A DNA stretch of 64,000 bases from an uncultured cyanobacterium (GCA_963803805.1 CAWDOD010000007.1:64001-128000), one strand, 5' to 3'; positions 52,857 through 63,152 are shown, numbered from the stretch's first letter. A program made the numbers and translations. The notes: a model not told the origin generated them from the sequence alone.

Positions 52857-55274
52857 TTACTCCTGACAATATTCAGGGCGAAAATTGGGTTGTTCCTGGT
52901 AAAACTCGAAACAGTAGGGTGTAACTAAATTGCTTACTTCTGGCAAGCTAGGTAAAGAATTAGGTAAGTTGAGTAAAGAGTTTCCGACAGGAATTGTCGG
53001 CATAATGGAAACACTCACAACACCATCATTAGTATCAGCAATAGTATTAAAGTTAAGAAATTGTCCCAATTCCCCGGTTAAAACTGCCCCAAGAGGTGGA
53101 GTCACCACATTCTTACTGAAACCTTGCCCATAAACTCCTGTTTTGCTACCATCTTGTCCCTCACTCGCCCAAACTACCACCAAGCCACCGTTAGCTAAAC
53201 CAATTAGGGAAGGGTTGGTTTGGGCATCATTAGTAGTGGTGTTGATAGCAAACTCACTACCAACTTTATCACCTTGGGGATTGTAACGTTGCCCATAAAC
53301 CCCATCGCTACTACCATCCTGCCCTAAACTTTCCCAAGCTATAATAAACCCCCCATCTGCTAAGGCTGTAGCTTTGGGGTTTTCTTGAGTCCTATTGGTG
53401 AAAGTATTAATTTGCATTTCCTTGTTGATGGTATTGCCGTTGGCATCATAAAGTTGGGCATAAACCCCTTTACCGCTACCGTCTTGATCATTACTTTCCC
53501 AAGTAACCACAAAGCCACCATCACTTAAACCAGTAAGGTGAGAATCTCTTTGGGGCTTGATGGTTTCTGTGTTAACCTGCAACTCATTTCCCACAGGATT
53601 ACTATTCATATCAAAACGTTGGCGATAAATACCTTCTTCACTACCATCTTGATTCTTACTAACCCAAACTGCTACAAAACCGCCATCAGCTAAACCAACT
53701 ATGGTAGGGACAGTTTGATCATTGTTAGTAGTAGTATTAATCAGAAATTCCGTGGCGATGGCATTGCCACTAAAATCATAGCGTTGTCCATAAATGCCGT
53801 CGCCGCTACCATCTTGTTCCCTACTTTCCCAAGTAACTATAAATCCCCCATCAGCTAAATTCGTGATATTAGGGTTTTCCTGGGAGTTGGTAGTAGTGGT
53901 GTTGATCTGAAACTCTCCTGCTACCGGGCTACCTTGGTTATTATAAATCTGCCCATAGACCCCTTGACTATTGCCATCTTGCCCCTCACTTTCCCAAACC
54001 ACTACAAAACCACCGTTTGCTAAGGCAACAACTTTAGGATCTTCCTGGGAGTTAGTAGTAGTGGTATTAACAAGAAACTCGCCCCCCAACTTACTACCTT
54101 GGTTATCATAAATCTGACTATAAACCCCTTGATCATCCCCATCTTGCCCCTCACTCTCCCAAACCACTACAAAACCACCATCCCTTAAAGCCGTGACATC
54201 AGCAGTATCCTGCCCTTCATTGGTAAAAGTATTGATAGCAAACTCATTACCTCTGGGGGTTAAGTTATGGCTTCCCGTCTCCGTTAAAGTTACCGTACCA
54301 TTCACCCCGCTATTATGGCGACGGCTGGCACGAACATTACTATAACTGTTAGCAACAGGAGATACTTGTAAATCATAGGCGGTTAAAGCAACTGTGCCGC
54401 CATCACCACTACTTAAGCCACCATCGGCAGAAACTTCTGCAAGCCCTGCAATGGTTAACTTATTCCCTGCTTGCATAATCACCTGCCCACCATCGCTATT
54501 ACCCGTACCATCAGCACTAATTCTCGCGTTATCTTCTATCGCAATATGATCAGCAAATAGTGCCACAACTCCCTGTTGTGCCGCGATTTCTCCCAACTGT
54601 TCAATGCTATTGTTACCATCAGTGGTAAGGTTAAAAACCATTCTCCCTAAAGCAGACTCCGATACTTTTACCTGAGTACCTGCGGCTAAAATAGTTTGTC
54701 CGGTGGGTGTGATAATCTGTCCTTGATGATTAATGGTTTTCGCTAGTAACCAAACTTGCCCGCCATTAACCGTAGTAATTTGCGCCCACTTTTCTACTAC
54801 AATCGGGCTACCATTACCAATTTGGTTAAACTGGTAATTACCATTCAGAAAATCTTGATCACTGATATCTAAGGTAGAAAGGATTAAACTTTGGAGGTCA
54901 ATAACTGCCCCATTTCCCACCAAAATACCGTTACCATTAATTAAGAATACTGCCCCATTAGATTGTAAAGTACCAAAAATCTGAGAAGGATTAACCCCAG
55001 TAACGCGGTTAAGGATAGCACTTTGAGAGTTTTCTTGTAAAAAGCGAGTTATTTCTCCGTTATTAATGGAAAACTCTTGCCAATTAATAATTGCCCCAGG
55101 AGAATTGGTAATCTGTAAATTTCGAGTCCCCAAACCCTGAAATTCAACCCTACCATTAACTACTGTAGGATTAAGAGGATTGGCGATCGCCGAATAGCCA
55201 ATACTAGCTAAACCTAAACTTAGCAAAAAAGTAGATATTTTACGAAACACGATGCACCCAGTATCAGTTATCAT
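52857..55274 (-). CDS. TPS/filamentous-haemagglutinin N-domain protein with seven 55-aa repeats (probable beta-propeller)
   Basis: INWQEFSI..AILNRVTG.NPSQIFG.L.SNG.VFLIN.NG; repeats EF.INT.T...Q..P....L.DGGFVV.W.S..QDG...GVYGQ. Confidence 0.85.
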   Translation of the reverse strand: MITDTGCIVFRKISTFLLSLGLASIGYSAIANPLNPTVVNGRVEFQGLGTRNLQITNSPGAIINWQEFSINNGEITRFLQENSQSAILNRVTGVNPSQIFGTLQSNGAVFLINGNGILVGNGAVIDLQSLILSTLDISDQDFLNGNYQFNQIGNGSPIVVEKWAQITTVNGGQVWLLAKTINHQGQIITPTGQTILAAGTQVKVSESALGRMVFNLTTDGNNSIEQLGEIAAQQGVVALFADHIAIEDNARISADGTGNSDGGQVIMQAGNKLTIAGLAEVSADGGLSSGDGGTVALTAYDLQVSPVANSYSNVRASRRHNSGVNGTVTLTETGSHNLTPRGNEFAINTFTNEGQDTADVTALRDGGFVVVWESEGQDGDDQGVYSQIYDNQGSKLGGEFLVNTTTTNSQEDPKVVALANGGFVVVWESEGQDGNSQGVYGQIYNNQGSPVAGEFQINTTTTNSQENPNITNLADGGFIVTWESREQDGSGDGIYGQRYDFSGNAIATEFLINTTTNNDQTVPTIVGLADGGFVAVWVSKNQDGSEEGIYRQRFDMNSNPVGNELQVNTETIKPQRDSHLTGLSDGGFVVTWESNDQDGSGKGVYAQLYDANGNTINKEMQINTFTNRTQENPKATALADGGFIIAWESLGQDGSSDGVYGQRYNPQGDKVGSEFAINTTTNDAQTNPSLIGLANGGLVVVWASEGQDGSKTGVYGQGFSKNVVTPPLGAVLTGELGQFLNFNTIADTNDGVVSVSIMPTIPVGNSLLNLPNSLPSLPEVSNLVTPYCFEFYQEQPNFRPEYCQE

Positions 55275-55405
55275 TCATCAATAAATAATTATTATATGCA
55301 GTGGCGACCCGTTTTTTTGAACATATTAGACAAGTCAAAGTTTAAATTGGGTTGCTTTGATTAATTATTAATTGGCGGCTGATACGATGTCTGATTTTGC
55401 ACCCC

Positions 55406-55447
55406 TAGCAACTAGCCATTAGCAACTAGCTATTAGCCATTAGCAAT
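55406..55447. repeat. Heptamer tandem repeat (STRR-like) TAGCNAY x6
   Basis: TAGCAAC TAGCCAT TAGCAAC TAGCTAT TAGCCAT TAGCAAT. Confidence 0.75.
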
Positions 55448-55451
55448 TGAT

Positions 55452-57065
55452 ATGCCCCTGTCTCGCTTACTTACTTTAATTATTGGCCTCAGTCTTATTT
55501 TAGGACTGGTTATTTGGCTGATTATTGCCCTACATCGACTCTATTGGCAAGCTTCTTTTACCTCACCGTTTCTTGCTTTTTTGCTGTTGTTGCTAATTAT
55601 CACTTTATTGGGGTTGTTAGTTGGGGTATTTATTTATTATTTCTATTCTTCTTCCTCCCAACGTTCTCGTAAAAATCAGCAGAAGCGACGTATAATCGCC
55701 AGACTACCGGAACAAAAAACTGAAGCAGCAGAAGAAAATTTAAAAGCGATTCAACAACAAGTAACCCAAGTTCAAGATGAAGTAACCCGCCAAGCTTTAT
55801 TAACTCGTTCACGAGAAATTGAAGCAAACTTAGCTAGGGGAGAATTGCGAGTTGTCGTCTTTGGGACAGGTTCGGCGGGTAAAACTTCTGTGGTAAATAG
55901 TTTAATTGGTAGGGTTGTTGGCGAAGTTAATGCACCCATGGGAACTACCCAAGTAGGAGAAACCTACTGTATGAAAATGCGGGGCTTAAGTCGAGATATT
56001 TTAGTTACTGATACACCAGGAATATTAGAAGCAGGTATTGCCGGAACAGAAAGAGAAGAGTTAGCCAGACAGTTAGCCACAGAAGCAGATTTACTCTTAT
56101 TTATTGTTGATAATGACCTGCGGCAATCAGAATATCAACCCTTAAAAGCTTTAGCCGAAATTGGTAAGCGATCGCTACTCGTTTTAAATAAAACTGATCT
56201 TTATTCCGAGCAAGATCAAGAGATTATTTTAGCAAGATTGAGGGAAAGAATCAAAGGTTTTATTGCCGCTTCGGATCTAGTTGCGATCGCTGCTAACCCC
56301 CAACCTATTCCTTTAGAAACCGGGGAAATAGTTAAACCAGAATCTGAGGTGATGCCCTTAATCAAACGCCTCGCCGCCGTCTTACGGGCAGAAGGAGAAG
56401 ACTTAGTTGCAGATAATATTCTCCTGCAATCTCAGCGTTTAGGAGAAGAAGCCCGGAAACTTATTGATCAACAGCGTCGTAAGCAAGCCGATAAAATCAT
56501 TGAACGCTTTCAATGGATTGGGGCAGGGGTTATTGCCGTTACCCCTTTACCCGTAATTGATATGTTAGCCACCGCCGCCGTTAATGCCCAAATGGTAGTA
56601 GAAATTGGCCGCATTTATGGTTGCGAATTAAACGTAGAAAGGGGCAGAGAATTAGCCCTTTCTTTAGGCAAAACTTTAGTTAGTTTGGGGGTGGTGAAAG
56701 GGGCAACGGAATTAATTGCTAGGGTTTTACAATTAAACGTAGCCACCTACTTAATTGGCAAAGCCATTCAAGGAGTAACTGCAGCTTATTTAACTCGTAT
56801 TGCCGGCAAAAGTTTCATTGAATATTTCCGCCATGATCAAGATTGGGGAGATGGGGGCATTACAGAGGTAGTACAAAGACAATTTCAACTTTCCCGCAAG
56901 GATGAATTTCTTAAATCTTTTGTGCAAGATGCGATCGTTAAGGTAGTTAAACCCCTCAAAGATCATCTTCCCGTTGAAAATGAATTAGAAGCCGAAATTG
57001 AAGTTGAATTAGAAAGAGTAGAAGATGATTGGGAGAAAAGAAACTCCTCTTACGGCGAATGGTGA
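55452..57065 (+). CDS. Membrane-anchored GTPase with DUF697 (YcjF-like) domain
   Basis: Two N-terminal TMs; G1 GTGSAGKTS, G3 DTPG, G4 NKTD; DUF697 TPLPVIDMLA. Confidence 0.88.
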   Translation: MPLSRLLTLIIGLSLILGLVIWLIIALHRLYWQASFTSPFLAFLLLLLIITLLGLLVGVFIYYFYSSSSQRSRKNQQKRRIIARLPEQKTEAAEENLKAIQQQVTQVQDEVTRQALLTRSREIEANLARGELRVVVFGTGSAGKTSVVNSLIGRVVGEVNAPMGTTQVGETYCMKMRGLSRDILVTDTPGILEAGIAGTEREELARQLATEADLLLFIVDNDLRQSEYQPLKALAEIGKRSLLVLNKTDLYSEQDQEIILARLRERIKGFIAASDLVAIAANPQPIPLETGEIVKPESEVMPLIKRLAAVLRAEGEDLVADNILLQSQRLGEEARKLIDQQRRKQADKIIERFQWIGAGVIAVTPLPVIDMLATAAVNAQMVVEIGRIYGCELNVERGRELALSLGKTLVSLGVVKGATELIARVLQLNVATYLIGKAIQGVTAAYLTRIAGKSFIEYFRHDQDWGDGGITEVVQRQFQLSRKDEFLKSFVQDAIVKVVKPLKDHLPVENELEAEIEVELERVEDDWEKRNSSYGEW

Positions 57066-57144
57066 AATCCTGATTGACTGACCAAAAAGAAAAGGAAAAA
57101 GCAGAAAAGAGTAATGAGGAGAGGGATAGAAAGGACACCTAACC

Positions 57145-57354
57145 ACCTGTAAGTAAATATGCCCTACTAAAAAATGAATTAGACTTAAGCGAATAAGACT
57201 AGCCATATTGAGCGACTCAACTGCACATTAAGGCAGCGAATTTCGCGATTGGTTAGAAAAGCTCTTTCTTTTTCCAAGAAACTGGAAAATCATATTGAAG
57301 CTATCTGGAATTTTGTCCATCACTACAATAAATCATTACCTGTTTAGGACTACC
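57145..57354 (+). mobile_element. IS1-family 3' remnant (InsB-like C-terminus and right end)
   Basis: Translates TSHIERLNCTLRQRISRLVRKALSFSKKLENHIEAIWNFVHHYNKSLPV-stop, followed by terminal GACTACC (GGTAGT on the reverse strand); upstream part has stops. Confidence 0.8.
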
Positions 57355-57595
57355 AATATCTCTAAAAGTAGGAGCGATCGCGTACTATTATTAAATTAGG
57401 TCTAAAGTTTTGAGTCGTGTGGCGATACTCTACGGGTGCGGCGAAGCGATCGCATCCTGATAACTATAGGGTAGATTGATAGCTAAAAAGCTAATAGCCA
57501 TTAGTGACAAGTTAAGCTGTTAGCTATCCTAGATTTTATACTCTCCGGGATAAATCTACGGAGTTTTCAGTTTTGATTTTTACAAAATTAGTGAA

Positions 57596-57976
57596 ATGCC
57601 AGTCAATCATTCCCTAACATCAGCGCAAATCGCTATTTATCGCCAAACTTCTCAAAAACGCTGGCGTAAAAGTGAACCGCTACGCAAAAAAAGACGACAG
57701 AAAGCCTGGCAGTTAGCCCAGCAAGCTGCTACTATCCTAAAAGATAAATTTGGCGCTACTAAGGTAATGGTATTCGGCTCTTTGGTAGATGAAGAACGTT
57801 TTACCCTTTGGTCTGATGTAGATATTGCTGCTTGGGGAATATCTCCTCAAGATACATTCACAGCAATGGGAACCTTATGGGATTTGGATGAGGAAATTGA
57901 AGTTAATTTAGTGGATGTAGGGGTTTGTCGCTCTCATATCCTCAAAGCTATCCTCGAAGAAGGAATAAATCTGTGA
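57596..57976 (+). CDS. Minimal nucleotidyltransferase (MNT) antitoxin
   Basis: FGSL-x9-SDVDIA motif; VNLVD; 126 aa. Confidence 0.9.
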   Translation: MPVNHSLTSAQIAIYRQTSQKRWRKSEPLRKKRRQKAWQLAQQAATILKDKFGATKVMVFGSLVDEERFTLWSDVDIAAWGISPQDTFTAMGTLWDLDEEIEVNLVDVGVCRSHILKAILEEGINL

Positions 57977-58467
57977 CCAAAGCAAGATATCAAACTCTTG
58001 CAGCACGCATTGAGTCTGAGGTTGCAGATTTGGCAAGAGTAGCTGAACGGAGTCAAAGGGCAATGCAGGCTTATCATCAAAGCAGATCAGAAAATCAAGA
58101 CCTGTTTTTAGATTCAGTAGCTCTTAGTCTCCACGACTTTTATACAGGTTGGGAACGTATTTTTTGCCAAATTGCTACTGTTGTAGACGAAGATTTACCT
58201 TCAGGAAGTCAATGGCATCAAGCACTGTTAACTCAGATGGGTCAAAACTTATCAGAGATTCGCCCAGCAGTAATCTCCGAAGAGACAATTCAAAGTTTAG
58301 ATGAATATAGGCGTTTTCGCCATGTGGTGAGAAATGTCTATGGTTTTGATTTGGACTGGCAAAGGATTGAACCCTTAATTACTAACTTAGTTGAGGTATT
58401 TACCCAACTAGAGAGTGAATTATTAGCTTTTAGCGGTTTGCTGGAGAAAATAGCAAGTGATGAGTAG
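57973..58467 (+). CDS. HEPN / HepT-like ribonuclease toxin
   Basis: GTG start overlaps the MNT stop (GTGA); LHDFYTG.E.IF, WH..LL.QM, RP.VIS, YRRFRHVVRNVY motifs. Confidence 0.88.
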   Translation: MTKARYQTLAARIESEVADLARVAERSQRAMQAYHQSRSENQDLFLDSVALSLHDFYTGWERIFCQIATVVDEDLPSGSQWHQALLTQMGQNLSEIRPAVISEETIQSLDEYRRFRHVVRNVYGFDLDWQRIEPLITNLVEVFTQLESELLAFSGLLEKIASDE

Positions 58468-58494
58468 AATGAGAAAAATACCAGGGATAGTACC

Positions 58495-60153
58495 ATGGAA
58501 CTACTATACCAACCGGGGGCAATCATTGAGCAGCGCTATCGCCTTAAAGAGGTATTAGGGCAAGGTGGTAGCGGTACAACCTACAAAGCCCAGAATTTAG
58601 TAACTAACCAACTAGTAGCTATTAAAATTCTTTCCTTTCGCCATCTGAAAGACTGGAAACAACTGGAACTATTTGAAAGGGAAGCACAAGTTTTAGCCCA
58701 ACTAAATCATCCCCACATTCCCCGCTATCTGGACTACTTTGCTGTTGATGACTCCTTTTGCATCGTACAGGAGTTAGCACCGGGTAAATCATTAGCTGAG
58801 TTAATAGCTGAAGGGAAACGTTTTAGTGAAGCAGAAGTTAAAGACATTGCGATACAAATACTGGAAACATTAGTTTATCTACATTCTCAGAAACCACCTG
58901 TTATTCATCGGGATATTAAACCGGAAAATATTATTGTCGGGAATAGGGAAAAGGAAAGGCAAGAGGCAATAGGCAATAGGCAAGAGAAACAAGCGGAAGA
59001 TTTTGGTGAAATACTTACGGTTAGTACTTCCAAGCAAAGCAAAGATAACCATGTTTCTAATTCCTCACATCTGAAAAAGTGGAGGAAAGGCAAAAATCAG
59101 GTGTTTCTGGTAGACTTTGGTGCAGTGCAGAACACCTACCACAGCACTCTAGCACGAGGAAGTACAGTAGTAGGAACCTTTGGTTATATGGCCCCGGAAC
59201 AGTTTATTGGGCAAGCAGTGCCAGCTAGTGATTTGTACGGTTTGGGAACAACATTACTATTTTTGTTAACCCACCGTTCCCCAGCAGAGTTACCAACTCA
59301 GGAGTTAAGTATTGATGTAAGGGTCTGCACACAGGTTTCTGAGCATTTAACAGCATGGCTAGAGAAGACAGTGGAAGCCGATGTAGCAGATAGGTTTGGT
59401 TCAGCGAAGCAAGCTTTAGCTCAGTTAATGAAAAAGAATCAGCAAAAGTTAGTTCTTAGCTCAGGGATAAAGTGGCAAGGTTTAGTTGTGGTGGCGATAG
59501 GAACAATTGCTGCAAGTTGGTTAATTATGCAACTACCCTTTTATTTAACTGCTAAGTTAGGCTTGTTTCCTCAAGGAGTGTATGACGCAATCGAAGAGGG
59601 GAATGTGGAGCGAGTTGAGGAGTATTTAGAAACTGGTGTTGATCCTGATTTGAAAACAGAAAAAGGTGAGTTTAAGCATTTAAGTCTTTTATATTATGCA
59701 GTCGAGCAAAACCAGAAAGAAATAGCTGAGGTATTAATTTCGAGGGGGGCGGATGTTAATCTTACTGGTCGATACCAAACACCACTGCATATAGCTGCTA
59801 CAAGAGGTTACGAGGAAATCGCTCAGTTACTGGTTACTCACGGGGCTGATGTTAATTTTGTGGAGAAACAAAATGGCTATACACCATTGCATTATGCAGC
59901 ATGGCATGGGCATCGTGAAATAGCTGAGTTGCTAATTAATCAGGGGAGTGACGTTAACGCTGCTACATATTCTGGTTTCACGCCACTGCATTTAGCAGCA
60001 GGACGAGATTATCATCAAACAGTTGAGTTACTTATCAATCAAGGCTCTGAGCTTAGTCCTGTTGACCAGTGGGGAGAAACCCCTCTAGGCAGGGTAGCGA
60101 AGCGAGGTCATCAGACAACAACCGAATTACTTAAAAGTCACGGTGCAAGATGA
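58495..60153 (+). CDS. Hanks-type Ser/Thr kinase with TM helix and C-terminal ankyrin repeats
   Basis: LGQGGSG, VAIK, HRDIKPEN, LVDFG, GTFGYMAPE; TM LVVVAIGTIAASWLIM; about 6 TPLH-type ankyrin repeats. Confidence 0.93.
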   Translation: MELLYQPGAIIEQRYRLKEVLGQGGSGTTYKAQNLVTNQLVAIKILSFRHLKDWKQLELFEREAQVLAQLNHPHIPRYLDYFAVDDSFCIVQELAPGKSLAELIAEGKRFSEAEVKDIAIQILETLVYLHSQKPPVIHRDIKPENIIVGNREKERQEAIGNRQEKQAEDFGEILTVSTSKQSKDNHVSNSSHLKKWRKGKNQVFLVDFGAVQNTYHSTLARGSTVVGTFGYMAPEQFIGQAVPASDLYGLGTTLLFLLTHRSPAELPTQELSIDVRVCTQVSEHLTAWLEKTVEADVADRFGSAKQALAQLMKKNQQKLVLSSGIKWQGLVVVAIGTIAASWLIMQLPFYLTAKLGLFPQGVYDAIEEGNVERVEEYLETGVDPDLKTEKGEFKHLSLLYYAVEQNQKEIAEVLISRGADVNLTGRYQTPLHIAATRGYEEIAQLLVTHGADVNFVEKQNGYTPLHYAAWHGHREIAELLINQGSDVNAATYSGFTPLHLAAGRDYHQTVELLINQGSELSPVDQWGETPLGRVAKRGHQTTTELLKSHGAR

Positions 60154-61322
60154 TGAGCAAAAATAATCGGCAACCAACCCCACCTTATCATCCCATAATA
60201 CCAATTATTGAAAGTCTTCAACGCCACCCAGGAATAGGCTGCATACTCTTAGTAACAGTATTACCAATCTCAATAACAGCAAGGGTACTGGGCTTAATTC
60301 TTCAGCCATTATGTTACTTAGCTACAAAGTTAGGATTATTCCCTAGAAATAAGAAGACACCACTACATGAAGCATCTAAGCAAGGTGACGAAGAAGAAGT
60401 TGAGAGATTGATTGCTCAAGGTAGTAATGTTAATGTCGTTGATCAAACTAGAAATACGCCACTACACTATGCAGCATTTGGAAATCATTTAGAGATAGTT
60501 ACTATATTAGTTGAGCAAGGTGCGGATGTGAATGCTGTTGATAAAAAGGGGCATATCCCACTGCATTATGCCGCAACGAGAGGTTATGAGGAAATAGTTA
60601 CTATATTAGTTAATCATGGGGCTGATATTGATGCTGTTACTGAATCTGGGAATACGCTACTACAAGAAGCGGTAGCAAAAGGTAAGCATGAAATAGTTAC
60701 TATGTTAGTTAATTACGGGGCTAATGTGAATGCTGTTGATAAAAAGGGAAATACACCGCTATATCATGCAATACGGAGAGGTGAGCAAGAAATAATCACT
60801 ACATTAATTGACCACGGAGCTGATATTGATGTTATCACTGAATCTGGGAATACACTACTACAAGAAGCAGTAGAGAGAGGTAATCAGGGAATCGTTAATA
60901 TGTTAGTTAGTCATGGGGCTAATGTTAATGCTGTCAGTAAATATGGACTTACGCTACTACATTATGCAGCACGGGGATCTAACCAGAAAATGGTCACTAT
61001 GTTAGTTAATCATGGGGCTAATGTCAACGCTGTTGCTGACGATGGAAGTATACCACTACATCATGCAGCAGAGAGAGGTAATCAGAGGATAGTCACTATG
61101 TTAGTTGATCATGGGAGCAACGTTAATGCTGTTGATCATCTTGGAGATACGCCGCTACATGATGCAGCATGGAAAGGTCATCGAAAAATAATCACTATGT
61201 TGATTAATCAAGGTGCTGATGTCAATGCTGCTAATGAAAAGGGGCATACACCACTATATGGCGCAGAAGTGAGAAGTCATAAAACAACAATCAAATTACT
61301 TAAAAGCAAAGGTGCAAGATAA
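60150..61322 (+). CDS. Ankyrin-repeat protein with N-terminal hydrophobic segment
   Basis: About 10 repeats G.TPLH.AA..G..EIV..LV..GA.VNA; ATGA overlap with upstream gene. Confidence 0.92.
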   Translation: MMSKNNRQPTPPYHPIIPIIESLQRHPGIGCILLVTVLPISITARVLGLILQPLCYLATKLGLFPRNKKTPLHEASKQGDEEEVERLIAQGSNVNVVDQTRNTPLHYAAFGNHLEIVTILVEQGADVNAVDKKGHIPLHYAATRGYEEIVTILVNHGADIDAVTESGNTLLQEAVAKGKHEIVTMLVNYGANVNAVDKKGNTPLYHAIRRGEQEIITTLIDHGADIDVITESGNTLLQEAVERGNQGIVNMLVSHGANVNAVSKYGLTLLHYAARGSNQKMVTMLVNHGANVNAVADDGSIPLHHAAERGNQRIVTMLVDHGSNVNAVDHLGDTPLHDAAWKGHRKIITMLINQGADVNAANEKGHTPLYGAEVRSHKTTIKLLKSKGAR

Positions 61323-62779
61323 TGAGTGATAAACCTACAGTAAAGTCCCGCGATCGCAAATTACAACAACTACATCAACCAGGAACAATCCTTAACCAAC
61401 GCTATCGCCTTAGCAATGTCATAGGAGAAGGTGGTATCGGCATCACCTACGCAGCACAAGACTTAGAAACAAACCAACCAGTCGCCCTAAAAACTTTATC
61501 CCTAGAACGCTTAACAAATTGGAAAGTACTAGAACTTTTTGAAAGAGAAGCCCGCATCCTCGCAACCTTAAACCATCCCTCTATCCCTGATTACATCGAC
61601 TACTTCCACGTTGATGAACCTGAAAACAAAAACTTCTACCTTGTACAGCAACTAGTTACAGGAGAATCTCTTGCTGAGTTGGTAGAAAAAGGCTGGAAAG
61701 CAACCGAAACAGAAGTTAAACAGTTGGCAACCCAAGTATTAAATATTCTCACCTATCTACACTCCTTAATTCCCCCAGTTATTCACCGGGACATCAAACC
61801 TCAAAACATTATTCGCACCAAAGAAGGAAAAATCTTCTTGGTGGATTTTGGTGCAGTGCAAGATACCTATCGCCATACTGTTGCTAAAGGAAGTACGGTA
61901 GTAGGAACCTTCGGTTACATGGCCCCGGAACAGTTTCGGGGACAGGCAACTCCAGCTACTGATTTTTATGGTTTAGCAACCACTTTACTCTTTGTCTTGA
62001 CAGGAAAATCCCCTGCCGACTTGCCCCAACAACAACTGAAAATCAACTTCCGCCCCACAGTGCCACTCTCCCCTAACTTTGCTAACTGGTTAGACAGAAT
62101 GCTCGAACCAGCCAAGGAACGACGCTTTCCTGATACAAAAGCTGCCCTGGCCGTGTTGTCAGGGGAAAAACGATTAGCTGACTATCCTCTATGGCAACGC
62201 AAACGCCCTAAGCAAAATTCCCTTAAGGTGACTAAAACTGAAGAGCAATTAACGATTCAAATTGCCCCTGTTTGGTTAAAGAGTAATCAAGCACTTAGAC
62301 TAACTTTTTCAACCATTGTCAATGGTATCTTTTTAATAATTATGTTGCTTTGGTTTCGGAATATATGGATACAACTATCCTTAGAAGATGTTTTTTATCA
62401 AGATTTCAGTGCTAACAGCATATACTTAATGTTCTTTTCTATATTGATTTTATTAGTAATAATTGCTAGTGGTTGGTTAGAGAAGCATCTTTTATCTTCT
62501 TGTTTAGAAACGATGTTTCCTCTCCATCTTGAGGTTAATCGAAATGTTTTTTTGCTTAAGCGTGAGTATTTTGGGAGTTATCCTAGTTGGTTGAAGAAGC
62601 GCTTTAGGATTAAGAATTTCCCTAAAATAGAATTAAAAAATAGAGCTTTTAGAGGGAGATGTATTAATGTTTATCCTGATACTAAAAGTAAACACTTCTC
62701 TTTTGGCGCTTTTATAAAAGAATCAGAACAAGAATGGTTAGTAGAAGAAATCGAGACATTTTTTAAAAGATTTATTTAG
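61322..62779 (+). CDS. Hanks-type Ser/Thr kinase with two C-terminal TM helices
   Basis: IGEGGIG, VALK, HRDIKPQN, LVDFG, GTFGYMAPE; C-terminal FG....E.EWL..EI..F motif; TAATG overlap. Confidence 0.93.
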   Translation: MSDKPTVKSRDRKLQQLHQPGTILNQRYRLSNVIGEGGIGITYAAQDLETNQPVALKTLSLERLTNWKVLELFEREARILATLNHPSIPDYIDYFHVDEPENKNFYLVQQLVTGESLAELVEKGWKATETEVKQLATQVLNILTYLHSLIPPVIHRDIKPQNIIRTKEGKIFLVDFGAVQDTYRHTVAKGSTVVGTFGYMAPEQFRGQATPATDFYGLATTLLFVLTGKSPADLPQQQLKINFRPTVPLSPNFANWLDRMLEPAKERRFPDTKAALAVLSGEKRLADYPLWQRKRPKQNSLKVTKTEEQLTIQIAPVWLKSNQALRLTFSTIVNGIFLIIMLLWFRNIWIQLSLEDVFYQDFSANSIYLMFFSILILLVIIASGWLEKHLLSSCLETMFPLHLEVNRNVFLLKREYFGSYPSWLKKRFRIKNFPKIELKNRAFRGRCINVYPDTKSKHFSFGAFIKESEQEWLVEEIETFFKRFI

Positions 62780-63152
62780 GAATAGCAAGTCGCACCAAGA
62801 GACTATAATAAGCGCAGTCCAGTTCTTTTGCAAACTAGTAAAAAGAGGATGCGATCGCAGGGTAATCGAACTTACCTTCTTATTCGATTTCATTAGTCGG
62901 AAAAATCTCAAACTTGGAGAGTAAAAATTTTAATCTATTCTTTAATCTTTCATCTTTTCTTGAACTAATATTAAGTACTTATTGACAAAACACAGTCTTT
63001 CAAGCTCCACAAGCAGCTCATTTTTGTAGTATAAATATTGTTTCTTGTTGTTAAATTGGCTACAAAAAGTCAATTTTGTATAACATGATGCAAAGATTTC
63101 GTTAAATCCAGGTTAAAATCATTTACATTAAGACAAACTTCGGTTAGAAAAA

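Noticed and set aside
57925-57972. TTG-start extension of the HEPN gene
   Set aside because: GTG at 57973 overlapping the MNT stop is the typical coupled start
62870-63020. Possible degraded minus-strand gene between the kinase and the M16 peptidase
   Set aside because: Only short broken frames with no motif I can assign
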